A DNA stretch of 64,000 bases from Catajapyx aquilonaris (lineage: Eukaryota): contig KZ538231.1 in NCBI GenBank assembly GCA_000934665.2, positions 1-64,000 on the forward strand, given 5' to 3'. The notes beneath the pieces are model-generated. The model ran no database searches and was not told the DNA's origin. It worked only from the letters and a program-made list of their open reading frames with translations. Within the stretch, counting starts at the first letter, position 1. The number at the start of each line of letters is the position of its first letter. Below are positions 41,411 through 55,200 of the stretch, in pieces. The position numbers and the translations under genes were made by a program.

Positions 41411-42736
41411 CCCCCCCCCCCCCCCACAAAAAACGTGTGTGAACCAACCTAATGTGGCCACTTGTCTTAGAACAAAACAGACAACAACAACAGAAAAAAA
41501 ATATCGTAATCGGATAGGTTATCCATCAAGAGATGGGGACATCCAATATCCATTTGCGGGGGCGGCAAGTGAGTTATTAGTTTTTGTGTTGGTGTCACGC
41601 ATCGATTGGGCTGCGTTTCCAGATATCCATCCGACATGGACGGGGTCTCGCTCGATTGCCACCAATGAATCTTATCTTTCTTGTCGTTCGCAAGTTTGCC
41701 TAACTGCCAGGATATACCGACCCGCTTCCTGGAAGGGGCTGGTTTCCTAAGTGATGCATCTTAACAACATGTAGTGATGTTTCATGATAAATGCAAGTCC
41801 ATGCTACATGCACCTGATAGTTATTCCAGCATTTTTACAGTCTATATAAAAAGTGCTCATCCGGTGCTGGGTCCAATGAGAGAGGCGGCTGTCATATAGA
41901 CTCATTGAGGCATGCCTATAGCTATACAGTGAGAGAGAGAGAAAGGGTGCTATATAGTGAGCCGAGGATGGAAGCGATGATTAGAGGGAGGGAGTTATCC
42001 AAATGAAGATTAGTAAGGCAAAGTTAGGATCGATGTGAACGAGGAGGAGTTGGTGCATCCGGAGCTTAATGCCATATCCAAACCGGAATAAGCAAGCAGC
42101 ATCCAGGCATTCCAGCCAGCCAGTGGAACCAGCCAACCAACCCACAGCCCCAGCAGCAGGCGGCATATTCGTATCACAATGGAAATTCGCATTGACATCC
42201 TCATTTGGAACTTGGTAATATCATTTCCATAGGTAATTTTGCTTCTCTTTTAATCCGCGATAATGATGCTCTGTACTTCTGTACAGAGCTGGTAATTCGA
42301 TTTGCCTGCTCGTTTCGTTTTCACTTTCATGCAATTGCGGGCCCGCAAGCCAGTCGTCGCTTCAAAGCAAAGTGGGCCTCCCCAAACCCACAGCTCTCCG
42401 GGCCTGATCTCTCTGCTCAATTATAACGATGAAGACATGCAAAGCTCCTAATTGCATTGCTCTAATGAAGAGCCCGCGTGATAAATGCAGTGTCCTTCAT
42501 CATTCTGAAAAGGCGCAAATTGCTCTGCGGTTCATTAAGGTTCCGGGCCCCGCGCCTTAATAAGATTTTCCCGGGGTCACCGCCAAATTACTTGGCTCTA
42601 CAGCTTGCTTTTCATCAACATGTCCACATTCATTAATAAGTACGTACTACCAGCACCGACCTACGTCACCTGCTTTACACCCGCACATCTGCGCTATTCC
42701 CCTCCATTTACAAGTCGGAAATTGATTGCTCCTCCC

Positions 42737-42777
<41 letters not shown>
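42737..42777. repeat. (AAT)n microsatellite
   Basis: About 13 AAT units. Confidence 0.95.
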
Positions 42778-43035
42778 TTGATGTTTTTTGCCTCTGTACG
42801 CTGAACTCGACGATAAAAATTGGTCGTCAATTATTACCTTCAAAAACTTCAGAAATGTGAACTTTTGGCTTTTAGGTAACTGCATTGAGACACTTTTCCA
42901 ATCAATCATCACTACAAGTTAAACCTTATCATATTAGGCAACACTCGAGTCCACAAATGCATAGCATGATAAAAGCTAAGTAAATAAGTAGTTCAGCAGT
43001 TTTTGACAAATATAAGACACCTGCAACGTAATTTA

Positions 43036-43148
43036 AGCAAATATCCTACAAACCGTTACTGGTGCACCAGTAACGGTTTGCAGGATATTTGCTCAACGGA
43101 GACTTGAACGCTAGAAGCCATGGCTTCTAGCGTTCAAGTCTCCGTTGA
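43036..43148. repeat. Two abutting spacerless palindromes (58 bp with 1 mismatch; 56 bp perfect)
   Basis: 43036-43093 is centred on GTG|CAC and 43093-43148 on CCA|TGG. They share base 43093. Confidence 0.95.
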
Positions 43149-46100
43149 AACACTGCACCCACAATTAATACTTTCTCACACAGAAAATGAGGGCCAAGTT
43201 TCGTAATGTCACGAGGCGATAAATATTCACGTAAACTGAGTGTATTTATACCAGGATAATACACATGTGACATACTAGACACAGCTGTCAATTCATCTTA
43301 TAGGTTGTATGATGCATATATTCATGCGAAAACACCACCCTACAAACCTACCTTCCCCTTAAAAAAAAAGTTCAGAATCTCAGCTGGTGTCAAGTGCAAA
43401 GAAAGAAATCCATAAGCTCGGAACTAAGTCGCGATTAGTCCTTTGTAGTCAGTTTACGATTGCAGGCGCCATGTTTACCCAGCACAGAGGTCCTAATCGT
43501 AAGCATTTTGATGGGAAAAGAGAATTTCCATAAGAGAGGCTATGATTTGCCGCCGGGACTCGCTTTGCTTGCCAAAGGCCTTTACACTTGTGATTACGGA
43601 CACTTACTCTTCAAGGCCCACATAAAGCGCCTTTTTATTTCCGATATTCTTTAAGTTATTGGCAATTCCTTTGGATTTAGTGTTATCTGGCCTTGTGGGC
43701 TGCTGCAGAGACGACTCCCCTTAATCGACCACGCAGCTCTTTACCTCCTCTCAAACTCGCCAAAACTGCACTACCTTTTCCGTTCCACCTGTTGGCCAAT
43801 ATTTGTTGCATTTTGGGCTGTGGAGAAAAGCATTAGAATCAAACCTAACGACCTGACTTTTCCGATGAAACTTGCGCTAAACCAGCAAGCTCATAGTGTG
43901 TTGTCAGATGTACCAGAAACTGAAATAATGGGACACGTAACGGGAATGAAAATGAGTATGCACTGTAGCCGGATGAGACTGAAATAGCCATGCAATGCTA
44001 CAGTACAAGATTGGAATCTAATTCATAAGGGAAATTAACTGAAAATGAACGAAAATGCTTTCAAAACAATAATTATATAAATTGAGCATATGTGTCACAC
44101 TGTATAATTGTCACAATACAATTTTACAAGGAAAATACTGAACGCAAACTCTGCATATTACCCAATCATGCCATTTTCCCTGTTGCGTAATTCGTCCTAA
44201 CATATGCAGAAACTCGAGCCAATGTAGGTTTCGTATAAACTCACATAAAGTTCCTGCAGGTGAGAACCTAGCCCATCCCTTCCAATTACACATGCATTGG
44301 GGATGGAGGGGGGGAAAAAACAGGGCTGGAAACCCTACGAAGAAGCTGAATATTTATATCCAGCGAAAATGGGTTTGGCAACGACAACTTGACTCAAGAT
44401 GAAAATGAAAAGGAGCGTCCCGCATGTACTTTGTGACATTTATTTTAAACAAAAAAGCATGATATCATTCTACAAGATGCAAAATAAGCGACTCATTGAG
44501 TGAGGCACACCTACCTCTTTTTACCCCCACCCATTTATTGTCTTCAGCACAGAATACTAAAATATGCACATGATTTCAACACCGCTTTCTCTGGAAATGA
44601 GACGTGGAGACCGGCAACCTAACTAATTATACGGTGCTGCACCCTGTATTATACGCACTCACAGTTTACCTTGAATCTACCACCGTTCTGAATGGCAAGT
44701 AATCAGTCGTCGATATACGAATGGCGAGACGTGTCACTTATACGCCTTTCACATACGGATCAGAAATGTAGAGTAATGAGCCAAAAAATGCAGCCGATGG
44801 TGCTTGGATACCCCGACGCCATCCTTCTTGACTATACACCTGCCTTATTCTTAGCCCTACCTCGTTTCCATCTAGTTTTCCACCTAATGAATCAAATATG
44901 AGCAGCCTATACTACATATAAGATGAGAACTATCCCCGCAAGTTGCCTCTCTATTTATTTCTTATTCTTCCTCCTCGTGAAAAATAGCCCCAGGTGACAG
45001 TGCATAATTGCATACACATGGTGGTCCTGCAATTTAACACGTCATGTCACACCTGCCCCCTTATATTTGCTTATACCAATAATTTTCAGCATGGGAATCA
45101 CATGTCAATTTTGCAAGAATATGTGACATTCTGCAACACCCTGTACATAACACATCCTGGTGCATACCCAGCGTGAATTAGGTGGGCTCTACCACCCCCG
45201 CTTATTAATTAGAGCTCCACGGATCACCGATTAGAAATTCAGGCCGTGGGGTCATCAATTGGGTTCAAGCGATCCGACTAATACATAATTATCAGTGTCC
45301 AGCGGTGTGATTCTAATCTACAACCCCGCTTGCTCACATTTGCATTTACGCAGATGAGCCCTCATAATGCATCAATACATTTAATACGTCGGTGGAAGAC
45401 ATGAATGTCATTGCTATTTTTAACAGTCCCCCCCCCCCCTTTCCAAAAGGGACACATTCGCGCCAATTGCATTTAATCTTCATAAACAACGACAGGAAAA
45501 TAAAAAAGCAAATTATTTTTCCTTCAAAGTGGGGGAAGCACATTGCCGTTCATGTGTCAAATTCACTTTCCAAAATCCTCCGCCTCCGCCACCAATATTC
45601 GAAATCCTCGCCGCCATCCTTTCACAGCGAAGCGGGGGGGTGTACGACTGCTTCTCTAACGAGGCGTGGAATATCGCCCGTGACATTTACCAGAGCTTGT
45701 TAATTGCTCTTTTACTGCCATAATGGCAAGAGAAACAAGTGGGGAGTTGAGTCCCGCCGTGTCTCGTCTTCCTTCAGGCAGGGGTAAAAAGGGAGGGGAG
45801 AAAAGGGGTGAAGAGAGGATGAGGGTTCTGGAATGATGCCGTTTTAATGAGCTGCAATCATCCCTTTCATTCGCAAGACAATTTTGGTTTGCACTTCAGG
45901 TGTCCCCATTACAATAGCCCCACTTTATTATTAGACGGGGTGCGGAAATATATGGCATGTGTTTCAACAATCTCGGGATGAAACTGCAGAATATAACACC
46001 CCCCCCCCCCACCCCACCCCACCCCCGATTGATGACACACCACTTGCACACCTCTCTTGAGGATCGTCTCTTGTCACTCTTCGTGAAGAATCACGCAGGG

Positions 46101-49100
46101 ACATCAGAGTTTGAGGGCAGGAAGAAAGGCAGTGTTTGGCTTTTGTGCATCCAGAGAAGTGACGCAATGCCAGGGCGACAGATCCAGCAGAGGATAGCAG
46201 TTCCCCTGAGACAGTCACATCATCAACGGCGCATATTGTATGTTAATCAACTCACTCGCCCCCTTCCTAACTTTTTTCTCTCTCCTTAATAACCTATCAA
46301 GGTTCTGTCCTCCAACACACGGTCTCGATCTATCAGATAAGCTATTCTGGTATTGCAGAGACAGGAATCCGGACGCGGCTTCACCTCATCAGCCCAGCTG
46401 CAATTCCTCGCCATAGGTGGGTATACACTACTCGACTCGCCCTTAGGCCAAAATTCTTGAGGTCATTCGTACAGTATGACATGCATGTAACTTTCAGATC
46501 AGTATAGATAAATCACCTTTCAAGTGTCACTACATTTGTGTCCAGTCTGTGCCTTCCCCCACTTGCAGCCAAATTATAATATGAAATCGTGCAGTGTCCA
46601 GTTCAATATAATGCTGATACCGGTACGTGATGTTCGCATGACTTTCCATAACTCCGTACTGGCTCATACGAGCTATGATGAAGAAAGCATATAATAAAAA
46701 TAATAAAAATGCAGCCAAGTGTAATATGTATCCTGGCACGTTCGTGACCCCCACAGCACAGCCTCGCCAGCCTCTTCCCGACTATACTAGCTGAGTTATA
46801 CGATGCGAGGGAGAATGGCAGAAAGCAGCAAATAGGCCTGTAGTATAAGTGGAAAGGAGTGTGCTTGTGTTATAATATTAGATTAGTTGACTTCCCTGAC
46901 GATCCATTAGGGAGGGAAGGGAGCAGGAGGAAGAGCAGGTTGATGGCTCCTGTGACCCCACGGACCCAGGAAGACATCTCCAGGAAAAAATATATACAAA
47001 GCACGGAAGAATCTTCTGCATCTCGCACATCTCCAGTATACTAACAACAGGCTCATCTTATGATAGTTAGATTTATGAGTGTTACTGCCATACCCTACTT
47101 ACGCCACTCAGAATCTGCCAAACGTAACGACAATGTAGCATTATACGTAAGCATTGGGCAAGAGCTATTCTCCTTTTATGTCTTTCCTATTCAATCTTTC
47201 TTGAGCAATGGACTAGAACCGTTCATGAAGGCAATGCATTAAACTCTGACAGCACGTGATTGCAACCTGAAATTAGAATGGTATACAAGTCGGCCTGGCA
47301 CTAGAATTTCCGTTTGCTTGTTCAGCCCGCACTTCCATTACCAAACTCCCCCCTTGCTTTGAGATTCACAATATAGCTAAAGAACCTAAAAACGACAACC
47401 AGGTTGACGAACAGTAAATAAGTAAACCAAGTAAGGGTGCATTATTAAGTGCCTGGAAGGTACCTAATCAACTTGAAATGATAGTAATTCACGTGAACCC
47501 TCCCTCTGAAAATATCATGTTAGCGGTTACTTTATTTCCCGGGCCCAAAGCTGCCGCTGAGTGCCACGAGCTAACATGGCACAAAACAGCTCATGTCCTA
47601 AAAAGGGACGACATATCATCTACCTCCATTCCCTGGCTTCCTCAGATCTTGAACAATTCTTGTAAATCACGTCGAGTGTTTCTGCCCCTTTTATATTTTT
47701 TACTCTTCTGTCACGCTGACCTCCTTGCCAAAATATACAGTCTGCCCAAGCAGAAAACCCATGCAAATAATTCTCCAAAGTGATGAATGAAGGGCCTGGG
47801 AAAGAATAAGCAGTTATTGCATGAGCGCAATTGTCGGGGGCGCACAGGAATGAAGTGGTATTGATGGCACTGATTCCTTTCCCTTTCGTAGATGGCAATC
47901 GAAGAGTGGAATAACAGCGTTTCGGACGGTATCTTTGCATTCTTTATGGGCTTGTCAGAGCCCGGAGAAGGAGGCCTGTCACCACGAATTGCAACTTTCC
48001 CACAAGTACATCAGGCCTTCCGCCCCCTGCTCTGATTAGGGTTCTACGTTGCTTGCTCACATTTAAGTGGGTCCTTGTTTACCTACAGTTAAGATGACTC
48101 ATTACACGCTGGCCGAGCCTCTTTGGAACAAAAATTTGGGCGCAATTTACGGTTTCCTGCGTTTTGAAACACCCGGCCAATACTCGTAAATCAACGCGGC
48201 GAATTTACAAGCCACATTTCCCTTCCCTACTTGCACAAGAAGAAGGGAGAAAAAAACAGGAGAGGAGGAGGGGAAAAGAAAAGATAACTAAACGTCTCAT
48301 TTCCTTGTCTCTCAAGCATACCTTATGAGACAACTAACCGCCACGTTAATCTCGACAAGAGTCACCAGGACCGAGACGCCGAATAAAATTCTCACTAGAG
48401 TCTATGCACACTTTGCATGCCAAAACGATATTTTCTAAATTTCGTATTCATTGGATGCGAATCTACACTATTTTTTTGTGGGGAAAGTTTCAAATTCCTA
48501 AATTTTAAAATCAATTCATGTTATCTACGCTATACAGAACAGTGCGCAAAAACTAAGCTTACAAGCATCGATTAATTTCATTATACCACACTGTGACACG
48601 ACATTACAAGTACTGTACCAAGCTTTATCAAATGGAAGTAGAGAAGTTCGTGTAAAAAATGACAACATTCAGTTCAACTCAGTTAACAAAATCCATAATT
48701 ACGAACAACATTACATACTAACGTGCAGGTAGAGGATCATACACAGCTTACACATCTTTTAACATGTACTGTATCAATATATGGTTCTCACGACCTACAT
48801 TTCATTTTTTGTTGATTGTTTACCAGTCAACAACAAAGAAAGATATGCCGTCATAATTTGGCATTGAGAAAATTTGTCCTTAATATTAAATCCACTGTTT
48901 TGCAAGTCATACATGCCACGGCCCACCAGCGTATTTTACATTATATTTTGCTACATACAACATTCTAAGCTTGTCCTCTGTCCTTGCTGTCATGTTCCAT
49001 ATACCGGTCTGACATAACTCACGACGCAAAATTTCTACAAAATATTGCCCTATCAAATTCGTCCTATATGAACCACTTAAGAAAACTCCCACTATCTCTC

Positions 49101-52100
49101 TCTCTCTCTATGCAAGAAGGGTTAGCCTATAACTAGTCGTGGAGGAACAAAGGCGTGTACCGCCCTCGTCAGCGGAATCAGAAGTGGAAGAAGAGGCCCG
49201 CAAAGCAACAAGGGCGGGCCGAGTAATAATCCAAGGTGAGCCGGACGCCGGTCATTAGTCGTGCGATTTGGTTCCTCGGCATGTGACAAGAGTGCATGCA
49301 GCAGAAGACATGGAGGGACTGACGGAGACTTGGCACGAGAGGAGCCAGAAAAAGAGAGAAGAGACTGAGAGACTGAGAGGACTTGTCGAAGGGAAGGGCC
49401 GATTCATCTCCTTCAAACGGCGGGTCTAAAACAAAGAGTGGGAATTAATCAAGATGGAGAGGAGGTTGGATGGCGTGTGTGACGTGAAAGGATAATTCAA
49501 AGAGGACCTCATGCTGAGGACTTCTCGTCCCGTGATAAGTGGTGGCAGTTGACTCATTAATGCTAAGCAGCCAGTCGATGCATTTGGACGAAAACAGAAT
49601 CTCATTACGGGAAAGCTTTACGGCGATTGTCATTATGGCCCCCTCCTTGCTCTACCCCCTTCCCCATCCAACACCCCCCATCATCCTTCGGGACTCTAGA
49701 TACAACAACAACAAAAAAGAAGTAAAAATAAAAAAATAGCTTGGCCAGGCGATGGGAGCGATATGCGTCCGGACTCGGGCCACTCCTTCCATTGTCCTCT
49801 ATCCACCTTTTCATTTCTATTCACGGGAACAACGTTGCTGCCATGAGCTGGCATCTATCTCGGCCACACTTACACCCCCACACAGTTGCCACCACTGTCA
49901 CATGCATATTTTGCTGACCACTCACAGATGACACTTTTTACAAACAAATATTTCAAAGTGCCAACTTCACTAATAAGCAGCCGATTACATTTATTTTACG
50001 CTTATACAGTATATAGCGCTAACTTGTCCAAAACTTAGACATGACACAATGACCCCACCCATCTACCACCTGAGACCCATCCAGAGGTGTGGATTGGCAA
50101 CCATGCGAGAAGTCAGAGAAAACAGCACCATGGGATGTCCCCATCCCCCCTTCTTTAAAACCCTCAGCCTACCTACCTATCCACCTGCGATATCATCTCG
50201 TCTATTCGCTTACTCATCCTCGCCCGCGCTAAATGACAAACTCCTCTCCAGCCAGCACGAGGTCATAGGTTAAGCACCAAACCCCAGAGAATGATTAATA
50301 TACACCCCCAGATCAAGCCCAAGTGTACAAAGGTAGAGAAAGAAAAGCTCACAATATAAACTAGGTACCAAACTGACATCCTATATTTTTGCGCCAGAAT
50401 CCGTTGAATATAAAGGCCAATTGAGACGCGCAAAGATCGGCCTCTCCAACCACAGAAAAACCGAGTCCTTGAGACCCCTCTCCTGGTTGGAATTTTTGTC
50501 ATTAACAGGTGATTAATACGCGCTTAATCACAACCAGGCGGCCTTGATGTCTCTGGACTGAAGGTGAACCCGGATTAATTAACAGCCCTAATTGCCCCCC
50601 CTCTCGAGTGACGTCACCCCTTTGGAACAATTGACCAGTGCTATTATTTCTCTCACCTGACCCTGAAAACCCAAGCTTCATGGTCAGCCTCGCACCTCAG
50701 GCGAGGCTCGGGTCAGCAGGTCAAGCCTCTGGGTTTTGAGATTTTTATGCAGCATAAGAAAATGGTAGCGGCCAGCCAGCCATACAATTTGGACCTATTG
50801 ATTTTCGGGCTCCGTCTTCGACGCCGTTTCTTCTGCGTATGAGGCATAGGCGAATCAGACCTCGTCCGGCTGCTGGAATTATGAAGCGCCGCCGACACAA
50901 TTTTGCCCCGCCGACGCCTCCCATTCCTCCCACTCCGCAGACTTTTTCAGGCGCTTCTTTTTAGTCTCGGCATAGCCTCAAAGGCAGGCCACTCACTAGC
51001 CAATCAATCTCTGTGTAACACACAATATTGCAATTTTGCATCTGTTGATTATTATGTCAAAATCAAGCGATCAGTGGCGAAAAATTCGAATGTTTACCCA
51101 TGGTGTATACAGATTTGTATATCATAAGGGGCTTCCCTCCCCCTATCGGATCCCCCCACGGTTCTCCCATCACCAAACTAATAATCAATCAACCTGACGA
51201 GTGAATCCAATTGGGGATTGCCAGATGTAAAGATCACGCTTTCCCATCTTACAAGAACTGAACTGCAGCTGAGCCTATAATCGTTCTGGGTTTTTAACCC
51301 CGGGCCCAGTAGGAGTTCTATATGATCCCTGCAGCTAACAACAGCACCACAAAAAATATGAAAAGAACACATTGGAATGTATCGAGCTCCAGAAGAAGAT
51401 TGGGCACAGTTCCACCTCATCTTCTCGACGCGCAGGCACAGCCAGCTTTTCATATCCCAGGATTAGCATAACTAAACTCAAATTCATCCTCCAGGAGAAT
51501 GGGAAGCAGCCTGCACCAGCCAATATGATAGATGTTGCCAGAGGTGTGTGTGTGTGTGTGTGCATGACATTTCACCGGCGCCAATCCACCGGCCACCTTG
51601 CGCATTATCATGCCAACTAAGTACATACTGCATATTACAGGTGTGAGCAGTGTTTAAAAATTTTTTCCCCTCAAATGGCACAAATATTGTAAGCTTCCTG
51701 AAATCAACGCAACATTACCAACATTTATGGCTAAAGCCGAAGCCTCGCTGGAAAAGAGATCGGATGTAAAAAGGCGCCTTGTGGCAGGTAATCATTCTCA
51801 AGTTGGGGCGGAAAGAAAGCTCCTCCCCAACAAGTGTTGGTGGTGGCCAACAGGTGAAGATGGCAAGGAGCCCATCCCAGTAGCAGTTACAAGAGGTTTA
51901 GGGTTGTGGAGGGCAGACTGGAAGGCCCCAAGGCCCTCAACGCACCCACCATCACACTATGTCCATAATTGAAAGCAAAGAGGATGGCAAAGAACCCGCC
52001 TCCGCCATATAAAAAATCACGCTCGTCTTTCGTTTCTTTCTTTCATATATATTTTTTGTCCCAACCGAAACAAAAGGAGATCCACATAAGGTGTGTCTCA

Positions 52101-52145
52101 GGATAAGAAATCCATGGGAAGAATTAATTTTCTCACGCCTCTGTA

Positions 52146-52146
<1 letters not shown>

Positions 52147-52199
<53 letters not shown>

Positions 52200-52216
52200 C
52201 ATCATCATTATTATTA
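52147..52216. repeat. (ATT)n(ATC)n(ATT)n compound microsatellite
   Basis: Read directly from the sequence. Confidence 0.95.
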
Positions 52217-55200
52217 AGTATGAGTGTGTAGGTGTAAAAACTAACAAAAAGAGGGTAGGGGGGAATGGCGGGAGGGGGGTGGATAAAAAAAACAAGAGGG
52301 CCTTGATATAATACCAAAGTTGATTGATGAGAAAAGAGGTGACCCGGGCCTTAATGTCATACCTAAACCGGTTTCTTTTATTGGAGCCTTTGTTACTTGA
52401 CAAACACTTCCAGGCAACCGAATTACGCCTCGAATTTATATCGAACCAATGAGTCTTAATCAGCGATGTAGCGGGAGTGCCAGATGAAGATAACAATAAT
52501 CAATCATTAGATGAAAGGACTGGACCAAGATGAGCAACGCTGGGGGGAAAAAATCAATAAGGATGCATTTTTTTTTCATTATTATTTTTTATATTCCGGC
52601 GTCGGCTTCGTGTCTTAGTAATCCTGTTCTCATTTGCAACACGAAAGGAGGAGGAAGGAAGGGTGGTTGTTGGAGGGATGGGAACATCACATGGGCCTTA
52701 TATGGCCACATACGGCGCAGGATCAGTTTTACTTGCCAATATTTTTTGTTATCGTAATCACTGTGTCTGATGCTGCCTATTTTTAATGTCATGTTGAATG
52801 GACCAAGAAGACAAGTGTGGTGTTGCAACAAGTCACTCGCATATAGTCATTCGCATTTTATTGGACCAGCTTCTGGTTTAACTGCTGTAGTTGTAATATA
52901 TCTTGCACCGTAAAACGGAGTGAATAGGGACACTTTTTTTGGTTGAAAAAGATGTTTTTCCCCATTCAAAATTCAATTAATTTCAATAAATATTAACAAC
53001 AGCAGCGTTTCTCTAACTGCAAATAATGTGTTCACGATTTTTTTTTTATCGTGCTGTTATTCTCTTTACTGTACGTACAAAAAGCGCCTCTTTCTACAAA
53101 GACATTTAAGTTCAGAAATTATAAGTTTCGAGATATCAAATTACTCACCAAACACCACTGCATTCCACTGTGTATTAACGAAAACGATCAGCCAAACCAC
53201 CAGATTGAATCATCAGTTTGTAGTCTATAAAAATTGACACCAAAATTACACTTAAGTTCTACGCATGCCAATCCAAACACAGATAATTTTATAAACAACT
53301 AGGCCATAAGCTCATGGAGAAAATACTTCCCTTCACTCCTGTGAAACCCTTCTTATTTTTTTCAAATTTCCTAATGCCAATAAATCAAATATTTCATAAT
53401 GTTTTTGTCCCAATTTTATGGTACCTGAAGGTCGTTAGCCCCCGTGTCATAATAGCTCACAGTACATTTTTGGGCGATATAGTACCTAATACAAGTACAA
53501 GTAACATTCCGAACGTCACACTTTGGCAGCTAATGCAGAGTTCTGTGTGGGTTCTTCACGACAAGACGAAGCCAGGTTCCCAAGCTTTTGACCATTCCGA
53601 GAAACACAACCTATTTGCACCAAACCCCTCAAATGAGCTCAGTTATTTTGCCTTCCAAAGTACAAAGTAATTTTCCATGTCACTAGCCAAGTATCAGAAT
53701 CCCCCCAAATGGAAACCGTAAGTATCTCATCATAGCATGCAAATAGCTTCACTTTTATCTTAAATACGTAAAAAAAACCTTTCCGTGGGTATGCAAATCG
53801 GTCTCCCGTTTATTCCCGCGCCTCCTATTAAAAATTCGGTGTCGATGAGTGCATGGGAGCAGAGTAAACGTATTTACTTTTCCGGTCTAACGGGCGAGAT
53901 TAAGCGGAAATGAGATTAGAGTCCCCGTGACGTCACGGAGACAGATCGAACGAAAGCCCCTTCGGTGAGGCAGGTCGGGTTTTCGGCACTTTTCCAATAC
54001 TATCCTTCACGCGTAGGATCCACCTCCTTGAATCACGGATACCTGCGAACGTGTTCCTTTCATTCCAGTGGGCACCGCTCTTGCCTTGGAAACGTATATG
54101 CCACACGATAAAGGTAAGATATTTGGCGACAGTAAATTGATTTTACTCATGTATTCATTTATTACTGGTATTTTTTGGGCTGCAGATATCATATATAGAA
54201 TTGGCTGAGTCTGTGCCTCAGGTTTGTCCGGGGTGAGTCATCAGCTAGGTGCACGTCCCTGATAGTGGCAGAAGGAGGATATACGCCATCTACGTCCATC
54301 AGGGGTCCGGGCAGTTTCGCCAAGTTTTCGCGAAGGCTTCACTAGTAAAACATTCCAACAAGTATATGGTGGGCGGGCTACTTCACGGCAAACAAAGAAA
54401 CTAATGTCACTGGTCACTCCCACATGTAATTAAGCGATGAAACCTGTCGGCGAGAGATAAGGCATATAAATGCACCTTCTAGACAACAAAGAATTGCGAG
54501 AATTTGCAAGGGTCACTTGCTGCACGAAAAAGGGCTCGGGCATTCTTGCTCGCAATTGCAAATGCTTGCTGCACGCAGGATTAATGATCCATTTGGCCAA
54601 CCACTCCCGCCTAGCTGTGCCTGTTTGCATAATTACCCTCTTCTTTTGTTTGCTCCATGAAAGGACAAGATGGCCGGTGCACCTGCCAAACCCTTTTGTG
54701 CTGCCAGGCCTTTTCTTCTCAACCCTTGATCGTTAGCCAAATCCAGCAAAAAATATTTAAACATAACATGTAATTTGCCCGATTCATATATTTGTAATCA
54801 TTTTTTGGTGCATATATTGCCCTCAGTATAGGACTACACAGCCCTATGGAGACTTGGATGCCAGAATGGGCACGAATCCACTACACCTACATTTAGGCTG
54901 CATCTAATCACGTATTACTGTCTTGAAAGGTGTAAAGAGGCAGGGGCGCAGTCATTTCTTCGGAGCCCATGTGCACGTGCGCTGTATTAGGCGTTCACCC
55001 TGCAGACTCATTATCCGAGATGGAAGGAGAGAAAATGAGGAGTGGATGGGTGCATGTAGCTTGGATGGAGGATGTGGGGGAAAGGCTGGGGTGGGGGAGG
55101 GGAGGATGAGGAGAGCTTCAATAATTAGCCTATCGCTTCATCGGGTGATTAGGAAACTTTATGACAGACATTTTCTTGAGTCGCGAACCCCGCTGAATCC

